DNA of 64,000 bases from Terriglobales bacterium (GTDB lineage: Bacteria; Acidobacteriota; Terriglobia; Terriglobales; SCQP01). This document shows positions 34,409 through 43,111 of the stretch, one piece after another. The stretch covers positions 40,587-104,586 of the forward strand of contig JBOGKM010000110.1 in assembly GCA_050747745.1 (NCBI GenBank), in the 5' to 3' direction. Made by a program: the position numbers and the translations under genes. How positions within the stretch are numbered: position 1 is the first letter of the stretch; each line of letters starts with the position of its first letter. The notes below the pieces were generated by a model. It ran no database searches and was not told the origin of the DNA. It worked only from the letters and a program-made list of their open reading frames with translations.

Positions 34409-35745
34409 CGGGCATCGACGGCGCTCACGACGCAGCTGTCGGGTGCACCCACTGCGACGCGGGGCAGCACGAAGCGTACCAGCGTTCCCTGTCCCGCGTG
34501 GCTGCGGATCTCCATCTCGGCGGTGTCGCCGTAGAGCACCTGCAAGCGCTCGCGTACGTTGCTCAGGCCGATGCCGTGGCCGGCGTGCGCGGAGGCGGGC
34601 TGCAAGCCCACACCGTTGTCCTCGACTTCCAGCTCCAGCACCTCCTGGTGGTGGCGCCAGGCGGGGCGCGCGCGCAACCGCACCCAGCCGCCTTCGACCT
34701 TGGGCGCCAGACCGTGCCGAATAGAATTTTCCACGACTGGCTGCAGGAGCATGCTGGGCACCAGCCGCTCCAGTGCCTCGGGCTCGATGAGTTTTTCAAA
34801 GCGCAGCTTTTCCGGACCGAAGCGGACGATCTCAATATCCACATAGTCGTCCATGAAGGCGACTTCGTCGCGCAGCGGAAGAAAGCTTTCGTGTTTACGC
34901 AGCATGCGGCGGAGGATGTTCGAGAGTTTGACGATGAGCACGCGCGCGGTGTCGGGATCGAAGCGCACCAGCGAGGCCACCGAGTTCAGCGTATTGAACA
35001 GGAAATGAGGGTTGATCTGGCTGGTAAGCGCGTCCAGGCGCGCCTGCACCAGCAGACGCTGCTGGGCCTCGAGCTTGCGCTCGATGCGGGTGTTGTCCCA
35101 AATTTTAATCGGGATGGCGAGCGCCAATATGTTGGTGACGAGCACCGCGATTGTGGTCCAGAACCTGTGCGGTTGGGGAGCGAACAGTCGGTCGGGGGCC
35201 AGGCGCTTCAACTCCAACTCCAACAGCGTGCAGGCCACCACCAGCGCAAACACCAGCGCCTGCCAGTCGCGAAAGGGGCGATGGAAGCGGTTGCGGAGCC
35301 AGCGCCAGATCTCGAGATCGATGAAGGGCGAAAAGGCCCAAACTTCCTCCCGATTGGGCGCCGCGCGGCGCAGCAGGCCGCCCGCCCAGCCGCCCAGCAG
35401 CAGCATGGGCAGCGTGAGCCATTCGTGCCCGACGGCGACGGCGGGAAAGCTGATGATAGCGCCGCCGAGCAGCCCGGCGCGATAGCCGCCCATGAGGCCG
35501 ATCAGGAGCGCGCCCGCCAGGCTGATATCGGCCGCCTGGAAGGAAGGCACCGCCAGCCGGATCCAGACCCCGCCCATGAGCGGCAGCGCCAGAAACAAGG
35601 TAAAGGCCAAGCGGTGCCGCCAGCGCCGCTCGTCGGCGTAGAGGCAGCGCTGAAAAGAGACCGAACGCACCAACACGGCGGCAATGGCGGCGATGACCGC
35701 CAGGTTGAGCAGGAGCGTGATCAGCAGTAAACGCTCGTTGTTCAT
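34402..35745 (-). CDS. LytS/YehU-type sensor histidine kinase (5TM receptor + His_kinase + HATPase_c)
   Basis: Multi-TM N-terminus. H-box QINPHFLFNTLNSV. ATPase N and G boxes (ENSIRHG, DNGVG, GIGLSNVRERL). Start taken at ATG 35745 (MNNERLLL). Confidence 0.8.
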   Translation of the reverse strand: MNNERLLLITLLLNLAVIAAIAAVLVRSVSFQRCLYADERRWRHRLAFTLFLALPLMGGVWIRLAVPSFQAADISLAGALLIGLMGGYRAGLLGGAIISFPAVAVGHEWLTLPMLLLGGWAGGLLRRAAPNREEVWAFSPFIDLEIWRWLRNRFHRPFRDWQALVFALVVACTLLELELKRLAPDRLFAPQPHRFWTTIAVLVTNILALAIPIKIWDNTRIERKLEAQQRLLVQARLDALTSQINPHFLFNTLNSVASLVRFDPDTARVLIVKLSNILRRMLRKHESFLPLRDEVAFMDDYVDIEIVRFGPEKLRFEKLIEPEALERLVPSMLLQPVVENSIRHGLAPKVEGGWVRLRARPAWRHHQEVLELEVEDNGVGLQPASAHAGHGIGLSNVRERLQVLYGDTAEMEIRSHAGQGTLVRFVLPRVAVGAPDSCVVSAVDARA

Positions 35746-35777
35746 CGGAGCCGACTTTCTATAATTAGAACAGAACC

Positions 35778-36368
35778 ATGCCCGACGAAACGTTGACGCT
35801 TGCCGCCGAAGCGGATTTCCCCACGCGCTGGGCACATTTCCGCATTCTGGGATTCGAGTTGGGCACAGAAACCGCGGTGGCGCTGCGGCTGGCCGAGCGG
35901 GCGCCAGCCGCGCCCCTGGTCCGCATTCATTCCCAGTGCCTGACCGGCGATGTCTTTGCCTCGCTGCGCTGCGACTGCCGGGGGCAGTTGGAACTGGCGC
36001 TTGCGGCGATTGCCGCCGAAGGCGCTGGGGTGCTGATTTACGAGGACAAGGAGGGACGCGGCATTGGATTGATCAATAAACTGCGCGCCTACGCCCTGCA
36101 GGACGCCGGGGCGGATACGGTCGAGGCCAACCACAAGCTGGGGTTTGACGCCGACGCGCGCGACTACGCGCTGCCGGCCGCGATCCTGCGCCATCTGGGG
36201 CTGCGGCAGGTACGGTTGTTGTCGAACAATCCTGATAAAATGCAGGCGCTGCAGCGAGCTGGTATCGCAGTCGTCGAGCGCATTCCCTGCCGCCCGGAGG
36301 CGCTCTCGCCGCAGGCGCGCGCGTACCTTGAAGTTAAGAACGAAAAATTGGGACACCTCGCCCACTGA
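35778..36368 (+). CDS. ribA: GTP cyclohydrolase II
   Basis: VRIHSQCLTGDVFASLRCDCRGQL (zinc Cys triad) and EGRGIGLINKLRAY. Confidence 0.88.
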   Translation: MPDETLTLAAEADFPTRWAHFRILGFELGTETAVALRLAERAPAAPLVRIHSQCLTGDVFASLRCDCRGQLELALAAIAAEGAGVLIYEDKEGRGIGLINKLRAYALQDAGADTVEANHKLGFDADARDYALPAAILRHLGLRQVRLLSNNPDKMQALQRAGIAVVERIPCRPEALSPQARAYLEVKNEKLGHLAH

Positions 36369-36461
36369 TTTAGAGGCTGCGCAGGACCTGGGCGGGATCG
36401 GTGCCAGAGGCGCGGCCCAGGTGCATGGGGCTTCCCTCTTCGCCAGCATACGCCCGCTGGG

Positions 36462-37727
36462 CTATAGAAACAGGCGCAGGTCGCGGAGGTTGTTACCGGT
36501 GGGGCCGGTGTGAAGCAGCGCGCCGGCGGCGGCCAGCGCCGTATGGGAATCCTGGCGGCGCAGGTACCCGGCCGGATCGAGGCCGGCGGCGCGGATGCGG
36601 GCGGCAGTCGAGCCGTCCACGCAGGCGCCGGCGGCATCGCTCGAACCGTCCACGCCATCGGTGCCGGCGGAAATAAAACAACCCGGCTGGCCCTCCAGCG
36701 CCAGTGCCAGGCGCAGCGCCAGCGAAAGGTTGCGGCCGCCACGGCCGTGATCCGCGCGCAAGCGCACACGCACTTCACCGCCGGCGACGAGAGCGGCGCG
36801 CGGCTGAGTGGCACGCAGCGCGCGCCAGCGCGCCAGCAGATATTCCGCCGCCGGCTCCTCCTCCCATTCGTCAGCGGTATTATCCACAACGACAGAATCG
36901 TATCCTTCGTTGCGGACGGCGGCGGCCAGGGCCGCGCACGCATCACGGTTGTCGGCCAGACAATGCCACTGTGCCGAGGCGAAGATCGCGTCCCCCGGCT
37001 TGGGCGTTTCCGGATGCTGCTCCGGCTCGCCCGCCAGCCAGCGCCGCCATGCAGCTTCGAAGTCGGCCTGCGTGCTAGCGTCGGGGCAGGTCGGCCCCGA
37101 GGCAACATTGGCCCATTCGCCGGTGGGTACATCGGAAAGAATCCAACTTGTTTGCGACACTCCGGCCGCCGCGGCAGCCAGGTGCCCGCCCTTGAGGGCG
37201 GAACGGTGCTTGCGAATGCAGTTGATGTCGCCGATCACGGCGCCGCTGGAGACCAAACGCCGGTTGAAGGCGCGCAATTCCGCGAGGCCGCCTTGCGGCG
37301 GAACTTCAGCCAGCGCCGAGCCGCCGCCGGAAATCAGCGCGACAAGGGGAATTGCGTCCGCGGCGCAGCGGCGCGCGGCGGACAGCAAGGCTGCGCCCGC
37401 CTGCAAGCTGGCGGCGTTGGGATCAGGATGGCCGCCCTCGAACTCCTGCAGCCGCGGCCCCAGCCGCTCGATCCATCCCGGCGGCAGCGAAGGCGAATCC
37501 ACCGGACGCACCAGCACGGCATGGACGGGCTCGGCCCGGGCGGCTTGCAGATAGCCTGTCAGCATCGGTCCGGCAGCCTTGCCCAGGGCAATGACCAGGG
37601 CCGGAGCCGTACCCGCAGCGCGCTCGCGCATTAGCCAGCAGGGATCGACAGCCGCCAAAGCCAGCTGCCAGCAGCGGCTCCCCCGGGCACAGGGTGAGCC
37701 CTCAGCGCCTGCTTCCCAGGAGGCCAT
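36462..37727 (-). CDS. Glycerate 2-kinase / hydroxypyruvate-reductase-like (DUF4147 + MOFRL)
   Basis: GKAAGPM, GGHPDPN, ALISGGGSALAEVP, IRKHRSALKGG and the MOFRL-type C-terminus FISAGTDGVDG. Confidence 0.8.
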   Translation of the reverse strand: MASWEAGAEGSPCARGSRCWQLALAAVDPCWLMRERAAGTAPALVIALGKAAGPMLTGYLQAARAEPVHAVLVRPVDSPSLPPGWIERLGPRLQEFEGGHPDPNAASLQAGAALLSAARRCAADAIPLVALISGGGSALAEVPPQGGLAELRAFNRRLVSSGAVIGDINCIRKHRSALKGGHLAAAAAGVSQTSWILSDVPTGEWANVASGPTCPDASTQADFEAAWRRWLAGEPEQHPETPKPGDAIFASAQWHCLADNRDACAALAAAVRNEGYDSVVVDNTADEWEEEPAAEYLLARWRALRATQPRAALVAGGEVRVRLRADHGRGGRNLSLALRLALALEGQPGCFISAGTDGVDGSSDAAGACVDGSTAARIRAAGLDPAGYLRRQDSHTALAAAGALLHTGPTGNNLRDLRLFL

Positions 37728-38001
37728 CCACCTCGCTGAGCAACCGCCGCACCAGCTCGCTGATGCGGCCCCAATTGTCTTCTTTTTCCGCGGCTTCGAT
37801 CTGCAGTAAAAGCCGTTTCACCGGCTCAATGGCAGCCGCCTGGGCATCGTCGAAACCGGCTAAAGCGCGGCGGCTGGCGCGCAGCCGCGCCGCGCGCTTC
37901 AACTTGCCGGGCGTGGAGGTGCCTTCGCGCTCGTAGTCGGCGATTTGGGTGCGGACGGTGATCAGCACCGACTTCCAGTCAGGAACAGAGTGCAAGCTCA
38001 C
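37702..38001 (-). CDS. Hypothetical small helical protein
   Basis: 99 aa, GTG start, high third-position GC. No family recognised. It overlaps the glycerate kinase start by 26 nt. Confidence 0.4.
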   Translation of the reverse strand: MSLHSVPDWKSVLITVRTQIADYEREGTSTPGKLKRAARLRASRRALAGFDDAQAAAIEPVKRLLLQIEAAEKEDNWGRISELVRRLLSEVDGLLGSRR

Positions 38002-38049
38002 TCAGACATTATGAGGTATGTTTGACCGCTCGCTTTCGCGCGGTGTGGG

Positions 38050-38740
38050 CTAAGCACAGTTATGTTTAAGGTTAGCCGCCAGCGCCAGCGCGGCCTGCGG
38101 ATCCCCTTCCAGGAGAAAAAAGCTCCACTCGAGCTCTTTGGATTCGGTAAAGCCATTGGCGAGGAAAGCGATCCATGGCTCCGCGAGAACTCGGGCAGCG
38201 CTGACGCAGTTGGCGTTTACGCGGATGAGGTGCCGCCCAGGGCCGGGAACGCAGCGATGGTTGCGCCGATGGTTTCGGCCTGCAACTGGTGCCACCAGCC
38301 CTCGGTGAGCTGCGCGTCCGCCTGGAGGCGAACCTCGGAGAGGTCGGCCCCGCGGGCGAGCGCCTGCTCGGACCTGCGCAGCGCGTTGCGGCTTCGCCGG
38401 GCGGCGCCCAGCACCGACACCCAGCGGATCTTCTCCAGACGCGCTGGCCGACCGGGTCGAGGGCGCTGGGGCTGGCGCTCTGGCCGAACTCGGGAACTAT
38501 GGCGCGGGGGCTCGAGGCGTGCGGCGGGTTGAGGGTGGCGCTCGCGAACTGGCGTAGCCGAAACAGCAGAAGGAAAACGACAAGACGGTCGTATGTCTCG
38601 TCCGCCGGAAGCGTGGACGGCGCGTCGGCGACGGTTCTCGTACCCGCTGGCCCGGCCACGCCGTGCTTCCGCCCTGCCTGCAGCCTCAGGGTCTCGGCGT
38701 GGACGAAAAAGCCGTCGGTCACGAGCCTGCCGGGCGTCAT
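38050..38740 (-). pseudogene. Probable decayed gene of unknown family read across three successive frames
   Basis: High third-position GC moves from the frame of ORF 38072..38740 (about 38740-38445), to the frame of ORF 38217..38810 (about 38445-38217), to the frame of ORF 38050..38295. Both shifts go in the same direction. GC drops locally near 38000-38100. Confidence 0.35.
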
Positions 38741-38917
38741 CGGGTTCCGGATGCACGGCGCAGGGCAGCACCCAGTCCGGGAGCACGCGGCGCGCCCGCC
38801 GGAGGACCACTACGCGCTCCCAAGCGGCCTACAGCTCCCAGTGCGACAGGCGATCCGTTGGCTCCCGCGCGCGGCACGGAAGCGGGTCCCCCGCAGGCGG
38901 ACCCGCGTGGCGCGGCG

Positions 38918-39517
38918 CTACGGCCGCGCCTGTTGCGGCAGGACGCTGGCGGAAATCAAACGCCGCATGCGGCTGGCCAACTCGACAATGCACTGCAGGC
39001 GAGCGGCGAGCGGCGGCGGCAGGCGGCGGGGCACGCTCTGGGCCAGCTCGGCGGCGAGTTCGGCGTTGCCCAGAATTCCCGTAAGTGCGTTGTTGATGGC
39101 GGCCTGCACTGCGGCCGGATCGGAAGGCGGAGCGGGTAGATCGCGCGGGCAGCGGCTGACCGCCTCGAGGTGTTGCTGCAGGATAAAGGCGAGCTTGGAA
39201 ACCGGCAACGAACGATCCAGGAAATCCACGACCGGCCCAGCCAATTCCTCGGCGGGCGGCAGGGATTTGGCGAGCAACGGCAGCACACCCAGCCATAGCA
39301 CGGCAGGCACGGGCGTTTGCTGCGACCGGGGAATGCTGCGGAACGGAGCGGCGGCGGAGTCCAGCAGCAGCAGGCAGCCGGGCGAAAACGCGAGCAATGA
39401 CTCCGGCAGCGCGGGCAACACCGTGAGGTCGGGCGCAGCCGCCGCCGGGGGCAGCGCGCGGCGCAGGCGCGCCTCCAACTCGGCATCGCGGCTGATCAGC
39501 AGCAGCGCGGGTTTCAC
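38918..39517 (-). CDS. Degenerate receiver-like domain + DHp (HisKA-like) helix lacking the phospho-His; no ATPase domain
   Basis: Residues ~135-190 (AAVQAAINNALTGILGNAELAAEL...IVELASRMRRLI) align to the HisKA H-box AHEINNPLTGILGYAELL, but Ala-Ala stands in place of His-Glu. The N-terminal ~120 aa are REC-like with degraded acidic pocket and Lys positions. It overlaps the upstream regulator gene by 4 nt. Confidence 0.6.
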   Translation of the reverse strand: MKPALLLISRDAELEARLRRALPPAAAAPDLTVLPALPESLLAFSPGCLLLLDSAAAPFRSIPRSQQTPVPAVLWLGVLPLLAKSLPPAEELAGPVVDFLDRSLPVSKLAFILQQHLEAVSRCPRDLPAPPSDPAAVQAAINNALTGILGNAELAAELAQSVPRRLPPPLAARLQCIVELASRMRRLISASVLPQQARP

Positions 39518-40929
39518 TGCACACCTCCGCTGGTGCCGGTGGCAGCGCTGCTGCCCTGCGCGGCCGCGTAAGCGTACTCTTTGAGCTTGCGATAGAGGGT
39601 GGTCTTGCCGATGCCGAGCAGCTTGGCAGCCTCGATCTTGTCCCCTTTCACATGCGCCAGAGCTCCCAGGATGGCGTCGTGTTCCAAGTCAGCAATGGGA
39701 CGCACCGCGGCATCGGCCGCGCCGATCAGGCGCAGCGGGCGCAACTGCTGTAAATAACTGGGCAGATCGCCCACCTCCAAGCGGTTGCCACCCGCCAGCG
39801 CCAACGAGCGTTCAATGCAGTTCTCCAGCTCCCGCACGTTGCCGGGCCACTCATAGCTGAGCAACCGCTGCATCGCTTCCTCACTGAAAACCTTGGGAAC
39901 CATGCCGGGCGGTGCGGCACGCTCAAGAAAATGATCCACCAGCAGCGGAATATCCATGGCACGCTCGCGCAGCGCCGGCAGCTTGATGCTAATCACATTC
40001 AGACGGAAGAACAGATCCTTGCGAAAGCTGCCACTGGCTACCGCCGCTTGCAAATCGCGGTTGGTCGCGGCGATGATGCGTACGTCAATCTTGATGTGGC
40101 GGGTGCTCCCCACCGGGCGGATTTCCTTTTCCTGCAGGGCGCGCAAGAGTTTGACCTGCATATCGGAGGGCAACTCGCCGATTTCGTCCAGGAACACAGT
40201 TCCCCCGTGGGCCACCTCCAGCAGCCCCTGATGGTTCTGGCTGGCGCCGGTAAAGGCGCCCTTGACATGGCCGAACAGCTCGCTCTCCACTAGCGACGGC
40301 ACCAGCGCGCCGCAGTCGACCGGCAGAAAAGGCCGGTTGCGCTCCGGGCCGGTATAGTGCAAGGCGCGCGCGACCACTTCCTTGCCAGTGCCGCTTTCCC
40401 CCAAAATGAGGACCGAATAGCGGCTCTGCGCCACCTTGCCAATCAGGCGGAACACGCGCTGCATGGCCGGGGAGGCGCCGATCAGATTGCCGGCCGCGAA
40501 CGGACCGCGCGCCGCCAGCCGCTGCCCCCGCGCTTCGCGATCGAGCAGCGACTGGCGCACACAATTTTGCAGCAACAGCCGCAGCTCTTCCAGCTCAAAG
40601 GGCTTGGCGAGATAGTCGGAGGCACCCAGTTTCATGGCCTCGACCGCCAGACCGACGTTGCCGAAGGCGGTCATGAGCAGCACCGGCACACCCGGCCAGG
40701 ACTGCTTGGCGCGCCGCAGCAGTTCCACCCCGTTCATGTCGGGCAGCTGCACTTCAGCGACCAGCACATCGGGCCGATCCTTCTCGAAGCATTCCAGCGC
40801 GGCCGCGCCGGTGGAGACGCCGGTAGCTCGATAACCCAATTGCGCCGCCACACTCAGGCAAATCTCGCGCACCACCTCCTGGTTATCCGCAACAACGATG
40901 TGCGGAACGACGGCAACCGGCGTTGGCAT
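39514..40929 (-). CDS. Sigma-54-dependent transcriptional activator (REC + AAA+ + Fis-type HTH) with Glu at the phospho-acceptor position
   Basis: GESGTGKEVVARALH (Walker A), the GAFTGA loop, FRKDLFFRLNV and a C-terminal HTH KIEAAKLLGIGKTTLYRKLK. The receiver reads PDVLVAEVQLPDMNG where NtrC has PDVLLSDIRMPGMDG. Confidence 0.88.
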   Translation of the reverse strand: MPTPVAVVPHIVVADNQEVVREICLSVAAQLGYRATGVSTGAAALECFEKDRPDVLVAEVQLPDMNGVELLRRAKQSWPGVPVLLMTAFGNVGLAVEAMKLGASDYLAKPFELEELRLLLQNCVRQSLLDREARGQRLAARGPFAAGNLIGASPAMQRVFRLIGKVAQSRYSVLILGESGTGKEVVARALHYTGPERNRPFLPVDCGALVPSLVESELFGHVKGAFTGASQNHQGLLEVAHGGTVFLDEIGELPSDMQVKLLRALQEKEIRPVGSTRHIKIDVRIIAATNRDLQAAVASGSFRKDLFFRLNVISIKLPALRERAMDIPLLVDHFLERAAPPGMVPKVFSEEAMQRLLSYEWPGNVRELENCIERSLALAGGNRLEVGDLPSYLQQLRPLRLIGAADAAVRPIADLEHDAILGALAHVKGDKIEAAKLLGIGKTTLYRKLKEYAYAAAQGSSAATGTSGGVQ

Positions 40930-40956
40930 GGCAAACTCTCCTCTCGCCCGTATACC

Positions 40957-40972
40957 TGCAGCCAGCGTGCCA
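40957..40972 (-). promoter_or_regulatory. Candidate sigma-54 (-24/-12) promoter for the activator/REC-DHp operon
   Basis: The minus strand reads TGGCAC-GCTGG-CTGCA against consensus TGGCAC-N5-TTGCA. It lies 27 nt upstream of ATG 40929, with GAGAGGAGAG in the leader. Confidence 0.55.
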
Positions 40973-41064
40973 AACTCGGACGAGCATCCGGCAGAGGGCG
41001 TAAAGCATTGTTTGCCTTTGTTTACGGCCCTCGCGGCGGGTTGGGGAGCATGCGCACTCGGTCC

Positions 41065-41086
41065 CTGCCAAGTCCCAAATTGGCAG
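41065..41086. promoter_or_regulatory. Perfect 7-bp inverted repeat, candidate enhancer-binding-protein site
   Basis: CTGCCAA-N8-TTGGCAG lies about 100 nt upstream of the sigma-54 promoter at 40957..40972, a typical UAS distance. Confidence 0.3.
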
Positions 41087-41108
41087 CGGGATTCCTGAAA
41101 TGGGGCGC

Positions 41109-43010
41109 TCAGCGTTCGGGATTGGAACTGCCGGCGACGGCACCGGAGCCAGCCTCACCCGTGGGCGACGGCATGGGCAGCATGGGCGCCAGGCGCGCCT
41201 CGGCTTCCGCAGCCGCCGGCAAGCGCACGGGCTGCCAGTGCTGGCCACCGTCACGGGAACGGAAGGTGGCGCCCACGGCGCGGGCGAAGGCCACGATGAC
41301 GCCGTTGTGTGCCTGCATGGAACGGACATCGAGCGCGGGCAGGCCGTGGCCGCTTAGGCTCCAATGTGCGCCCCGGTCGCGGGACGTGTACAGCCCGGCG
41401 GTGGTGGCGGCAAGCAGGACGGGAGTGCCGTCCGGAGCGGATGCAAGCGCCAACTGGTGAATGCGCGCCCGGTGACCGGGAGCATCGAGGGTCAATCGGC
41501 CGGGCAGAAAGTGTTCTCCGCCGTCGTGGCTGCGCAGCACATAGCCGTCGCCGGCAATCCAGAGCCAGGGAGCATGGGCGCCATCGGCCGCGAGCAGAAG
41601 ATGATACAAGGGCGCGGGGGCTTGCCGCAGTTGTGACCAGCGGCGGCCGCCGTCGCGGCTACGGAACAGACCCAACTGTCCGGCGGCCCAAACCTCAAGC
41701 GAGTCCTCGCGGGTACCCGCAAGAGCATAGAGAGGACTGGTGGGCATGCCAGGAAGCTGCTCCCAGCGCTGGGGATGATCGCCCCGCTGCGGCGGCAGCA
41801 GGTAAATGCCCTGGGCGGTGGCCGCCAACAACCCGGCGGAGGACCAGTGCAGGGCCAGGGCTTGCTGGCGGGCAGGCAGGAGCGGCAGATGCTGCCAACT
41901 GGCGTCGCCTCGTTGCAGGAAGATCCCACCCCAGGCCTGATCGCCGGTGACGGAGATATAGCGCCCGCCGGGTCCGTAGGCGACGGCGGCAACGTGACGG
42001 CTGGAAAAGCCGTGATCGGAACGGTGGAAGCTGCGGCCGGAGTCCGTGCTGACAAATACGCCGGCGAAATTGGTGCCCAACAGCAGGCGACGCGGCAGCG
42101 GAAGAACGGTGTTGATGCTGAGGCGGGGTGAGGTGATGCGCTCCCAGGTGGCACCCTGATCATGCGTGACCCACAGCCCCTGGGTGGTACCCGCGTAGAT
42201 AGTTTTGGGATCCAACGGATCCTGCACAATCGCCGGCGTGCGGCGGGCGGAATAGGGAATGCCCTGGATCTTCTGGAAGTGATCGCCGCGATCCTCGCTG
42301 CGATAAATGCCCGAGCAAGCGCTCAAATAAAGGATTTGTGGATCGAGCCGGTCGACCGCGATGGAAAACACGTCGGAATCGTCAATGACTCCCTGGCGCA
42401 TCTGCCACCAGTCGTGGCCGCCGTTGATGGTTTTCCAGGGCAGATGCCAGGTGCCGACGTAAATCTCCTGGGGATTATGGGGCGCAATGGCGACGGATTC
42501 GACGTTTTCCAGCTCGCGGTCATGGACGGGCGAGATACGGCTCCAGTCGCGGCCGGCATCCTGACTGCGATAAACCCCATCCAGCGCCGCCGCCACTAGA
42601 ATGGAGGAATTGGAGGGCGCCAACGCCAGTGCTCGCACGGCATGGCCCAGCCACAGCGCGTGCCAATGCCGTCCGCTGTCGGCACTGGTGAATACCCCGC
42701 CGTTGCGGGCCGTCCAGCTCCAGAGTGAGGCGTACCAGCGCCCGGGACGGCCGGGGTCGGGAATCAGGCTGGAAATGACCCAATCGTCGTGCCTTCCGAC
42801 GTGGCTGAAGAAACTCCAGCCCCGGCCGGCATCGCTAGAACGGAAGATCGAGCCGGTTGCGGTGCCGAGCAGCACCGTCGCCGGACGGTCGGGATCGGCG
42901 GCCAGCACGCGCACTGTACCTCCGGGCGGCGCGGGCGGAGGCTGCGGCTGGGCCGCGGCCAAGCGGAAAAGCCCCATTGCCAGCAGCCCTACGCCGAAAC
43001 TTCGCCACAT
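41109..43010 (-). CDS. Secreted BNR/Asp-box repeat beta-propeller protein (Ycf48/sortilin-Vps10-like)
   Basis: At least 11 Asp-box motifs SxDxGxxW/F (SSDAGRGWS, SADSGRHWH, SQDAGRDWS, THDQGATWE, SRDGGRRWS, SRDGGQHWQ and others). Signal peptide from ATG 43010 (MWRSFGVGLLAMGLFRLAAAQ). Confidence 0.8.
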   Translation of the reverse strand: MWRSFGVGLLAMGLFRLAAAQPQPPPAPPGGTVRVLAADPDRPATVLLGTATGSIFRSSDAGRGWSFFSHVGRHDDWVISSLIPDPGRPGRWYASLWSWTARNGGVFTSADSGRHWHALWLGHAVRALALAPSNSSILVAAALDGVYRSQDAGRDWSRISPVHDRELENVESVAIAPHNPQEIYVGTWHLPWKTINGGHDWWQMRQGVIDDSDVFSIAVDRLDPQILYLSACSGIYRSEDRGDHFQKIQGIPYSARRTPAIVQDPLDPKTIYAGTTQGLWVTHDQGATWERITSPRLSINTVLPLPRRLLLGTNFAGVFVSTDSGRSFHRSDHGFSSRHVAAVAYGPGGRYISVTGDQAWGGIFLQRGDASWQHLPLLPARQQALALHWSSAGLLAATAQGIYLLPPQRGDHPQRWEQLPGMPTSPLYALAGTREDSLEVWAAGQLGLFRSRDGGRRWSQLRQAPAPLYHLLLAADGAHAPWLWIAGDGYVLRSHDGGEHFLPGRLTLDAPGHRARIHQLALASAPDGTPVLLAATTAGLYTSRDRGAHWSLSGHGLPALDVRSMQAHNGVIVAFARAVGATFRSRDGGQHWQPVRLPAAAEAEARLAPMLPMPSPTGEAGSGAVAGSSNPER

Positions 43011-43052
43011 AGTCCTAACCCATTCTAGGCACTCAGCGCAGCCATGCAACAC

Positions 43053-43083
43053 AGGCGGCGGCCTTAGATGCCGGCCGCCGCCT
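43053..43083 (-). terminator. GC-rich hairpin downstream of the OmpA-family gene
   Basis: AGGCGGCGGCC-N9-GGCCGCCGCCT, a perfect 11-bp stem, starts 29 nt after the stop at 43112. No clear U-tract. Confidence 0.35.
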
Positions 43084-43111
43084 AGGTGCTGAGATCAGCG
43101 TTGCGAGCGCC

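Noticed and set aside
38289-39584. Long plus-strand ORF (431 aa) spanning the REC-DHp gene and the decayed locus
   Set aside because: The product is Arg/Ser/Ala-rich and low-complexity, with poor third-position GC. It is antisense to frames with clear coding signatures, a typical shadow ORF of a high-GC genome.
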